Below are positions 53,745-64,000 of a stretch of 64,000 bases of DNA, one piece after another; position 1 is the stretch's first letter; every line of letters starts with the position of its first letter. The notes under the pieces are model-generated. The model had not been told where the DNA came from. It saw only the letters and a list, made by a program, of their open reading frames with translations, and ran no database searches. A program made the translations under genes and the position numbers. Source of the stretch: Octopus sinensis (taxonomy: Eukaryota); the NCBI RefSeq assembly GCF_006345805.1, contig NC_042997.1:24614001-24678000 (forward strand), given 5' to 3'.

Positions 53745-53991
53745 ATATATATATATATTTCATATAAAGATAATGTAGATAAGTTTATAGTCAAAGATGT
53801 GCCCTCTTCGTGCACATCTGCTTATTCCAGTCCCCAAAAGTCGTATGTAGATGTATATTTATGTGAGGTATGCATAAAATTTGGAAAATACTGGAAAATG
53901 TATTTTTGCCTAATTATTACATATCAAAACAGAAGACTGGTAAAAATCTCTGCTATTATCTATTCACTATTACATTATATACATACATACC

Positions 53992-54032
<41 letters not shown>

Positions 54033-54225
54033 TCATACATATAAATATACATATATATAAATATAGATATATGTGTAAACTATTTCTAAAATATTAATAG
54101 ATATAAACTACATATTATATAATATATATCTACACAGATGGTTGTCTATACTCTAACTCATATATTCGTATACGCAACCACACATATATATATCTGCATA
54201 TAAATATAATATAAATAATAAAAAA

Positions 54226-54275
<50 letters not shown>

Positions 54276-54311
54276 ATACATACATACATACATACATACA
54301 TACATACATAC

Positions 54312-54343
<32 letters not shown>

Positions 54344-54346
54344 CAT

Positions 54347-54647
54347 GTGGAGGTGAAGTGGTCCAGTGGTTACGGCAGCGGACTCGCGGTCGTAGGATAG
54401 TGGTTTCGATCCAGACCGGGCGTTGTGAGTGTTTATTGAGCGAAAACACCTAAAAGCTCCACGAGGCTAGGGGATAGAGGCGATCCCTGCTGTAATCTTT
54501 CGCCGCAACTTTCTCTCACTCTTTCTTCTGTAGGCCTGCACGCTTAGCCAGCGAGGTGGCGTCGTTTGAAGGCTAAAACAATGCGAAGCGCATTGTGACC
54601 AGCGATGTGTAGCAACATCTGATAGCCTGGTGGGTCACGTGATCACA
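54347..54647 (+). mobile_element. SINE with the family C head and a different 3' half
   Basis: Matches 12722-12905 up to actttctctcactct, then diverges (gcctgcacgcttagccagcgagg...gtcacgtgatcac). Confidence 0.8.
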
Positions 54648-55033
54648 TGATATATGCATATATACATATATACATATGTACATACATACATATATATGCA
54701 TATATATATGAATGTATGGGTACAGGACGTCACAAAACGTAAACAATATGAACTACGAAGACAAGCGTGGGTGTGCAAACAACGAGAGAAACAAAACAAG
54801 TAAAATAAAGAACGACTTTTCATCAGTTGTCGGCTGCCCATCTACTCCTCAAACAAGCAATTAACAACAATAATTAACAACTTCGAAAGACTGTTGCTCT
54901 CGTGAACCAAAATAAAATTTAGGCTTTGCGGACGATGCAACGCATCCATTTCCAATTATATATACATATATATATATACTTAGTGAGGGAAGAAATGGAG
55001 CTGAACGAAGATTTTACAAAATTCCTTTTTATT

Positions 55034-55119
55034 ATTTTCTACACATGTTTCAAAGGCTGCAAAGTCCCTAATTCGGATTGAATAAGGAGACCATTTTGCA
55101 GCTTTCTCTTCAGGAAAAT
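55034..55119 (-). ncRNA. Type I hammerhead ribozyme, canonical core, long helix II
   Basis: Minus: auuuuc CUGAAGA gaaagcugcaaa...uuugcagccuuu GAAA caugug UA gaaaau; helix I 6 bp; ~55 bp from (TA)n. Confidence 0.82.
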
Positions 55120-55529
55120 CCAGGAACTTAAATCTCCAACAAAATGTGCAGCAAGCTTTTCGACAAACGCTCTCTAGGAGCCCATGGTATAAATGGCACA
55201 AAACTGTCTCTCAATATGCGTTGACGTCGGGCTGGGTGAAAGCCGACGAAAAATCCGTTGAGATAATTCGAGGTCAAAATCCGGTTAACATGGGGGAGGG
55301 GAAGAATTACAGAAAACCAAAGAGTGTGAATATATTCTGTATGACTAGTGTTAATATTCGAATTGTTTTAAGAATGAGTGCTATCGTGACATATGTATAC
55401 AAGTATATAAACTATATATAAATAATACATATATATATACATATCTATACACACACACATATATATAGATAGATTGGAATAAGTATGTATGTATGTTTGT
55501 ATGTATGTATATGCATGTAAGGACTGGTT

Positions 55530-55798
55530 GTCCGTCGGTTGCGACGAATGTTCAACTAAGCAGCCAGGTTAGTTGAAACTAATGTGCAACTTGCCAAGTA
55601 CTCAATAGATACGTGTATCGTTAACGTAGTTATCCGAGTTCGACAAGGATGGCATATTGAATTTACAGGTACAACTCGTTTTTGACAGGTGACTGGACTA
55701 GTGCTACATGAAATGAAGTGTAATGCGCAAGGAATTGGAGGAGCCTCCAAGAATCGAACTCACGACTTGTAACATCGTTGGTAATCACTAAGCCACGC
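55530..55798 (-). mobile_element. Old SINE family D copy
   Basis: Decayed reverse complement of 57508-57805. Confidence 0.6.
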
Positions 55799-56087
55799 TA
55801 TTTATTTATATATATGTGTGTGTGTATTTGTATGTATGTATGTATGTATGTATATATATATATATATGTGTGTGTGTGTGGTGTGTTTGTGTGCGTGTGT
55901 GCGTGTGTGTTTGTATGTACATATCTGTGTGTGTGTTTGTGTGCGCGAGTGAGTGTGCGTGTGTTTGTATATGTTTGTATGTCATTATTCAGTTTATTTA
56001 AAGTTTCTTGCCAATAAAGAAAGAGCCGGGTTTTAACCCAGATCCAAGGTTCCTTCATTGGAATTTCAACATCAACAACAGGATATT

Positions 56088-56738
56088 CATCATCATCATC
56101 ATCATCGTCGTTTAACGTCCGTTCTCCATGCTAGCATGGGTTGGACGGTTCGACCGGGGTTCTGGGAAGCCAGAAGGCTGCACCAGGCTCCAGTCTAATT
56201 TGGCAATGTTTCTACAGCTGGATGCCCTTCCTAACGCCAACCATTCCGTGAGTGTAGTGGGTGCTTTTTACGTGCCACCTGCACAGGTGCCAGGCGGGGC
56301 TGGCAACGGCCACGGTCAGATTGGTGTATTTTATGTGCCACCGACCGTCACGGAAGCCAGTCGAGGCGTTCTGGCATCGGCCACGAGTCGGATAGTGCTT
56401 TTACGTACCACCAGACCAGGGATCCTGGCTGGTTCAATTCGATTTCGATTTCGCTTGCCCCAACATGTCTTCACAAGCAAAGGGGGTGGCAAGGTGTGCC
56501 TGTCGTACGGTCGCATTGGAGTATTTTACGTGCCACGGCCACGAGTCGGATAGTGCTTTTACGTACCACCAGACCAGGGATCCTGGCTGGTTCAATTCGA
56601 TTTCGATTTCGCTTGCCCCAACATGTCTTCACAAGCAAAGGGTGTTGGCATGGGTGCCTGTCGTATGGGTACGGTCGCATTGTAGTATTTTACGTGCACG
56701 CCCCGAGTCGGATAGTGCTTTTTACGTACCACCAGGCC
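56088..56738 (-). mobile_element. RTE-type SINE/LINE end with (GAT)n tail and internal ~160-bp tandem repeats
   Basis: Minus 3' end ...gcatggagaacggacgttaaacgacgatgatgatg; motif ggttggcgttaggaagggcatccagc; units at 56378, 56536 and ~56700. Confidence 0.7.
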
Positions 56739-56809
56739 ATGTATGTATGTATGTATGTATGTATGTATGTATGTATGTATGTATGTATGTATGTATGTAT
56801 GTACGCATG

Positions 56810-57362
56810 CATGTATGAATGTGCAGATTTTTATGTTTTATGCACGTATTCTCATGCGTAGAGTTACATATCTAGACATGCTCATATTTATCTAAATAAT
56901 AAATTTCTGGAAAGTTTTACAGATTTTTACAGTCCCAGTGATAGATTGGACCAGTAACCTTCGAATTAACTTTCTCCTTTCTGGTTTTGAAAAGCCTAAT
57001 TTCTCAAGAAATTTAGGCAGAGTGTTACATATCCCAGGGCCCCAATAAGTACAGGTATAAACCTGAACTTGTAATCTGGATAGAGTAACTGCAAATTTCT
57101 CAATAGTTCAGCATAAGTGTTCTCTTTTTCACTGATTTTCAGCTTTATGTTAACATCCGCTGGGCTAATTTCCACAACTGTGCACAGTTTCCCTCCTGTA
57201 TCTGAAATTATTATATCAGGTCTGTTGTCCTTACATTTTATTGAGGTATTCACTGGTATCTTCCATCAGTACTCTTTTTCATTGAGTGGCTATGGCTTCT
57301 ACCATATTGTGAGTTTTTATTTCTTTGTTCTCGGAATTATCCTTCCGGCGAATTTCATTATA
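56810..57362 (-). mobile_element. RLE-type LINE 3' relic inside (TATG)n
   Basis: 'KCKDNRPDIII.D..GKLCTVVEIS.PADVN...EKENTY.EL..NLQLLYPDYKFRFIPVLIGALG' (PD..E.K endonuclease). Confidence 0.85.
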
Positions 57363-57507
57363 GAGTGTGTGTGTATGTATGTATGTATGTATGTATGTAT
57401 GTATGTATGTATGTATGTATGTATGTATGCATGTATGTATTATGTATGTATGCATGTATGTATGTATGTATGTATGTATGTATGTATGTATGTATGTATG
57501 TATGTGT

Positions 57508-57805
57508 GAAGGCGCGTGGCTTAGTGGTTAAGGCATTCGGCTCACGATTTTAAGGTCGTGAGTTCGATTCCCGGCGACGCATTTTGTCCTTGAGCAAGAC
57601 ACTTTATTTCACGCTGCTCCAGTTCACTCAGCTGGCAAAAATGAGTTGTACCTGTATTTCAAAGGGCTGGCCTTGTCACACTCTGTCAGACTGTGTCTGG
57701 GGTACACGTGTCTGTGGATTGCTCAATCACGTTAATTTCACGAGCAGGCTGTTCCGTTGATCGTATCAGCTGAGACCCTCGTCGTCGTAACCGACGGAGT
57801 GCTCC
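57508..57805 (+). mobile_element. SINE family D: different tRNA head and middle, family C 3' half
   Basis: A-box tggcttagtgg, B-box gagttcgattcc, gtccttgagcaagacactt, then ttgtacctgtatttcaaaggg...gtcgtaaccgacggagtgct shared with family C. Confidence 0.85.
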
Positions 57806-58034
57806 TAGTATGTATGCACGCATGCTCAGTGAACTCCTGTGTTAGAAGCGAATAGAATTTCTTACGGTTCAGTGTTGGTAGGATTATTTCCTCGCACCTA
57901 GCTGTTGATATCGGTGATCCGTATTCATCGTTGTGTCAGAAATAATCATTGTAGATTCGTATGCATTACTCAGCCACCCTATAACGATTCACTTTGAGGA
58001 AATAAAGTAAACCTGTTTAGCAACCGCCCACACA

Positions 58035-58080
<46 letters not shown>

Positions 58081-58425
58081 TATACATACTTATACGCGCA
58101 AACACACGCACACACACACGCACACAGACTGGATTAGAAGCATATAGTAATTTGGATGCCGGGAGAGAATGTTCCAAAAATCTTGAAATTAGATATGTTT
58201 TGCTAAACCACCCAAGCCAAGTAACTAAACTCCGTTTGCTTACGACTAATCCTACCGTAGCCTGTGTTGTTACATTTGGTGCGTTAGTTAGTACACGGCG
58301 ATATGACTGTCAATTTCTCTTGATAGTGCTTACATGAAATTACCAATCACTTAGTAGTCCTAAGTTGGTACCTTGCGATAGAACAATAAGATGCTAGCGA
58401 TAGGTGAATTCTACTTTATTTATTA

Positions 58426-58821
58426 CTAGCAGTATCGCCCGGCGTTGCTCGGGTTTGTAAGGGAAATAACTATATAAACATTTTTAGAGAGTTATAGCCA
58501 AAAAATAGCAAAAAAATGCATTAAAAGTGGAAAAAAAATTATGGTAAATTTTTTTTTAAATCATTGACTCATCGTAGACATTTTTAGAGAGTTACTTCCC
58601 TTATATAATAGCGAGAAAATGCATTAAAATGGAAAAAATGATGGTAAATTTTTTTTTTAATCGTAGACTCATCGTAGACGTGCGCTAATACCCGGAGGGC
58701 TCGATATGAATCACGACTATAAGATACCCGGTTTTGGTTAAGCTGCACCGCAAAATGTGGGAGTAGTTAGGAATCTAAATCGTAGGAGACAGATACACAA
58801 CTTCACTTTTATATATAAAGA
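58426..58821 (-). mobile_element. Non-autonomous Helitron, copy 3
   Basis: Same TC/CTAG termini and hairpin as copies 1 and 2. Confidence 0.92.
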
Positions 58822-58822
58822 T

Positions 58823-58986
58823 AGGCGAAAGAGTGGCTGTGTGGTAAGTAGCTTGCTTACGAACCACATAGTTAACGGGTTCAGTCCCATTGCGTGGCAC
58901 CTTGGGCAAGTGTCTTCTGCTATAGCTTTGGGCCGACCAAAGCCTTGTGAGTGGATTTGGTAGACGGAAAACTGAAAGAAGCCCGT

Positions 58987-59038
<52 letters not shown>

Positions 59039-59257
59039 TGTGTGTGTGTATGTTTGTATGTCTGTGTTTGTCCCCCCAACATCGCTTGACAACCGATGCT
59101 GGTGTGTTTACGTCCCCTTAACTTAGCGGTTCGGCAAAAGAGAACCGATAGAATAAGTACTAGGCTTACAAAGAATAAGTCCTGTGGTCGATTTGCTCGA
59201 CTAAAGGCAGTGCTCCAGCATGGCCACAGTCAAACGGCTGAAACAAGCAATAAAAAA
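58823..59257 (+). mobile_element. SINE family A, full length
   Basis: Consensus match; abuts the Helitron 5' end. Confidence 0.9.
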
Positions 59258-59375
59258 AGTGGTGAATTAGGTATGATCTTAGATTTTTTTGTGGGTGATG
59301 ATAAGCTAAGTCACCAAAACGATATATTAGTTGGTGGTAGTGGTGTATGTAATTAACACTTCTATTAATGATTAA

Positions 59376-59762
59376 TGGATGGAAGCACTCCGTCGGTTAC
59401 GACGACGAGGGTTCCGGTTGATCCGAATCAACGAAACAGCCGGCTCGTGAAATTAACGTGTAAGTGGCTGAGCACTCCACAGACACGTGCACCCTTAACG
59501 TAGTTCTTGGGGATACTCAGCGTGACACAGAGAGTGACAAGGCCGGCCCTTTGAAATACAGGTACAACAGAAACAGGAAGTAAGAGTGAGAGAAAGTTGT
59601 GGTGAAAGAGTACAGCAGGGATCACCACCATCCCCTGCCGGAGCCTCGTGGAGCTTTAGGTGTTTTCGTTCAATAAACACTCACAACGCCCGGTCTGGGA
59701 ATCGAAACCGCGATCCTATGACCGCGAGTCCGCTGCCCTAACCACTGGGCCATTGCGCTTCC
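59376..59762 (-). mobile_element. SINE family C with TSD
   Basis: Reverse complement of the 12722 copy; TSD taatgattaa at 59366-59375 and 59763-59772. Confidence 0.92.
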
Positions 59763-60083
59763 TAATGATTAATAATTCAATTCGAAAGCAGTATTTATAT
59801 CAAGATAGAAATTGCATATAAGATTTAAATTTACAATCCGTCCTGCAGACGAATTCACTATCCTAATACTCTTCCTGCCGACGTGGGAAACTCTCGAGTC
59901 AAAGTTTGTATGCTTAGCAGTATTTCGTCTGTTGCTACGTTCTGCTTTCATATACCGTTGAAGACCACTTTGCCTTTCATCCTTTCTGGGTCGATAAATT
60001 AAGTACAAGTTGCGTACTGGGGTCGATCTAATCTACTTCCCCGCTCCACCAAAATTTCATGCCTTGTGCCTTTAGTAGAAATT

Positions 60084-60159
<76 letters not shown>

Positions 60160-60181
60160 ATATCATTATTATTATTATTAT

Positions 60182-60243
60182 TGTGTGAGAGAGCAGTTCA
60201 TGCCATCAAAGTGACTCTGGGGTAAAATATACGAAGCCCAATA

Positions 60244-60295
<52 letters not shown>

Positions 60296-60905
60296 TTATT
60301 ATTATTATATTATTATATTATTATTATTATTCAGTAGTTTTATTTTTATAGCGTGCTTTCACTTCACTACCGAGCGCAGCTCTGTGTGCCTTGGGTATGT
60401 GCTGTGATTTGTTGTGATGCTCTGATGGTTACTGTATGGAAAGTGTTCTGCGTAGGATGTGTGCAGTGCCTAGTAGGGCAATTTTCTGTATGTTATATGT
60501 GTTTGTAAGTCCTGGTGTTTTTGTTATGTATTTGTCTGAATATTTTTTATCATGCCTAATGCACCTACTATGATAGGAATTGTTTCTGTTTTCAGGTTCC
60601 ACATTCTAGTTACCTCTATTTCCAGGTCTTTGTATTTTGAGAGTTTCTCCATTTCTTTTAGAGACACGTTGTCATCTGCCGGTATTGATACATCAATTAG
60701 AAAGCATTTTTTTTCTTCGTGATCTCTGACACTATATCTGGTCTGTTGGCCTTAATTTCTCTATCTGTGTGTATCGGCATATCCCAGAGTATGGTTGCTT
60801 TCTCGTTTTCTGTGACCTTTTCTGGTGTGTGCCTATACCATCTTTTTTCTGTTGTTATTCCATAATGTTGGCATAGCTTCCAATGTATGTAGGTTCCAAC
60901 TCTGC
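60182..60905 (-). mobile_element. 5'-truncated R4/Dong-like LINE inside (TAA)n
   Basis: 'RVGTYIHWKLCQHYGI..EKRWYRHTPEKVTENEKATILWDMPIHTDREIKANRPDIV'; (ATT)n arrays on both sides. Confidence 0.9.
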
Positions 60906-60953
<48 letters not shown>

Positions 60954-61160
60954 CATCATTATTATTAGAAAAATATGTGCTTTTGTGAATGTTTAATCGT
61001 GTGCTATTGTCCATCACTGTGTGAATATATGAACGTATACATACTTATACACACCTGCAAATGTATAAACGGAGACACACTTATGCGTGTATGTGTGTGT
61101 GTGAGAGAGTGTAAGTGTATGTGTGTGTGCGTGTACGTGTGTATGTGTGTTTGTGTGCGC

Positions 61161-61216
<56 letters not shown>

Positions 61217-62940
61217 TTATATATGAACATTGGTTTCTGTTTGCGGAACGAAAGGAGAGTGTTCAATGCATGCATTCTTTTTACTCCTTTGAAACCGAAA
61301 CAGATTATTTGTTACCTGGCAACTCGAATTCTCGTCAATTCTCGCTTGAATATCGCAGTAGCCTGTTTGATTATAGTTAAGTATATATGTGTGTGTGTGT
61401 GTATGTGTGTGTGTGTGTGCGTGAGTGTGTGTGTGTATGTGTATACTCAAGTATGTAATACATATACACGGCTAAGTTAGGTTCCGAATCACTCTTATAC
61501 TGCTCTACGTTATATTCCAATATTCCTCTCAGTATTACCCTCATTTCCACTTCACACAGATTTTTTTTCACGATACTACTTGATCTATTTACTTTCAATT
61601 ACCAATGTCTATTCACACACACACACGTACAAACGCACACACACACAAACACGCACACATACATACACACTCATATCCAGAAATTTTAGTGGTTCACTAT
61701 TATGGGGCGAAAAAGACACATTGTCTCGTCCACATATAACAAGATTTTTTTTTCTGTCATGAATTCAATATTTCATGCTGGTCTAAAAAAATATATCTTA
61801 TGAATACATACAAGCAATAATTTTACTGTCACCTCTGCAATATCTTGAGCGCAAAAGTGAAATGAAAGACACGTAAGTAATGAGTGATAACATCACAGTT
61901 TATGGGACTGCTTCAGAATAGTGTCGAAAGTTAAACAGCAGGCATTGAGCCACCCGTTTTCAAAAACTGGAAACAAATGGGCTACATTTAATCCACACGG
62001 GGGAACTGTTGGTTATGTATCATATAATGCTGAAAGAAACCTTATCTGATGCTGAAAAAAAAAAAGATAAAAAAGAAAAAATGAAAAAAATTAGGTCTGC
62101 AGTCATCGATATAAACTGGGTGGATTTCTTGCAAACAACTTGCAAATGCAAGTGCTACCAGTTAAAAGCTTTGTATATCGGAAGCTAGCAAGTGTATGGG
62201 GTCATCAGGAGAGAATGCGCGCCGTTTCGGGGCCTACCTCTCGACGGCATCAATATGCACCGGCCTCCCTTACTGATTTGAGGCCCCGCTTGCTAGATCA
62301 GCTGGTTATGAATAACTCAATATACTTCTAGCCATCGCTCATAGTCTCTTTTTAACCCAATCCAGTGGAATTTAATACATATAGAGGAATTTAATACATA
62401 TATATATACAAAGAACTTATATGAACAAATGACGTATTCCATTGTTCTGATCATTTCCAAACGATAGGAAACGGTGATATTTTTTAGTTGGTATCTACAT
62501 ATTGCATACGCACAAACATATATATGTAAATGTATATATATATATCTTAATGGCGAAATGTCAAAAAAATTAGATGATGAGAAATATTAAGAAACAAGCC
62601 AGAATTCGTGTACCATACTTTACTTTAGGACAAACAAGGAATAACTGCATCATTTATGACAATATACAATGGGTTTACAACGGAGTATTGCAGAATTCCT
62701 ATGCAAACAGCATCAATTGCCTAATATATCATGGAAAGAACTCAAATAAAAACTGCAAAACTTACAGATGCTGTCTAAAATGGTTGTGCAGGTTACCATT
62801 ATGTTTTTCTTTTTCTTCAGTGTAACATGGAATGTGTATGTGTGTGTGTGTGTATGCAAGTATGTTCGTCTATATGTATGTGTTTATACATTTGTATGTA
62901 TATACATGAACATGTATGCACACACATGTATATATATATG

Positions 62941-62974
<34 letters not shown>

Positions 62975-63087
62975 ATATATATATATACATGAATGCATAT
63001 ATATACATTCATATATATATACATTACGAAAATTTTTTTTATATATACATACATGTATATGTTACATAATATAATATTATATTATAT

Positions 63088-63142
<55 letters not shown>

Positions 63143-63151
63143 TTTTTTGCC

Positions 63152-63310
63152 TATCCATAAATTATCTTTTCATCTGAAATTTAAAATCGAGATATGTTAC
63201 CTGCAATAATGGCGTCCGCATTGAAAAAGTTCTGAAGTTTCCAATGAACTCTACTGAAAAATCCGTATTTTAAATTTTTTTCAGAAATTTTGAAAGATAA
63301 TTTATGGATA
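63152..63310. repeat. MITE-like or fold-back element with perfect 18-bp terminal inverted repeats
   Basis: tatccataaattatcttt (63152-63169) and aaagataatttatggata (63293-63310). Confidence 0.6.
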
Positions 63311-63318
63311 CTTTGTAT

Positions 63319-63356
<38 letters not shown>

Positions 63357-64000
63357 ACATGTATATATGTAGGCAATTTAATTGATCTAGGAATCAGTTG
63401 ATATTAATTCCAAAGAAGATGTAACACCTGTTAAAACTAGTGTTGATTTTTAACATAGTCATCTACAGAGCAATGAATGAAAGCACTTACCACAAGGGAT
63501 TTTTAATCCGGGCTAGTGTGGTACTAATTTATACAATATCAAATAACCAGTAGACTAAGTACTCCACGCGTTACCTCTTTCACTATAACCAATATGAAGC
63601 AATAAAGCTTTTGTAACGTTCTGATCCGATAACTCTTCTTGAATATATAAATAGTATTTAAATCAAAGACGACCAGCCTACCATGAAGTAAAGAGAGGTC
63701 CTTTATCCCTATGTCCACTTAGTGTCACACATATACATTCCTTAGCAAAATATGACACTAATCTTTACTGTTTATAGTTTTGTGTTTCCACTACAGACAT
63801 AGCAAGAGTTTCAAGTACTTGTGTACAGCTCTTCCTCTCCTTATGATACTTAAGACTTTGAAGATTATTTCTTATCAGATACACACACATAAAGACACAC
63901 ATACAAATATATAAACATACAGTAAAGCATCTATACAAATTGCCGCATGTATACACACGCAATTGGTACGCCTAATACGTTGTTCTATTTGATATCGTGA

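Noticed and set aside
56378-56738. CRISPR-like repeat/spacer array
   Set aside because: Eukaryotic context; whole units repeat with no unique spacers and there are no cas genes

Overview
AT-rich, repeat-saturated animal DNA with no credible host protein-coding exon, so probably intergenic or a long intron. The SINE families and microsatellite load point to a coleoid cephalopod, most likely Octopus (inference). Nearly all long ORFs in the track are microsatellite artefacts. The window holds at least four tRNA-derived SINE families, three copies of a ~395-bp non-autonomous Helitron, and decayed R4/Dong-, CR1- and RTE-type retroelements. It also holds Tc1/mariner relics and Penelope-like (PLE) GIY-YIG relics. 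The main hidden signal is about 12 minimal type-I hammerhead ribozyme (HHR) motifs from about 8 unrelated sequence families. Most have a palindromic helix III, most sit in elements next to (TA)n tracts, and several are in fold-back copies. Two stand out: an ORF-less ~594-nt tandem-plus-inverted retrozyme-like element (14588-15927), and a PLE 3' end carrying a tRNA-like Pol III module upstream of an HHR (45062-45495). All calls were made by eye and boundaries are approximate unless stated.
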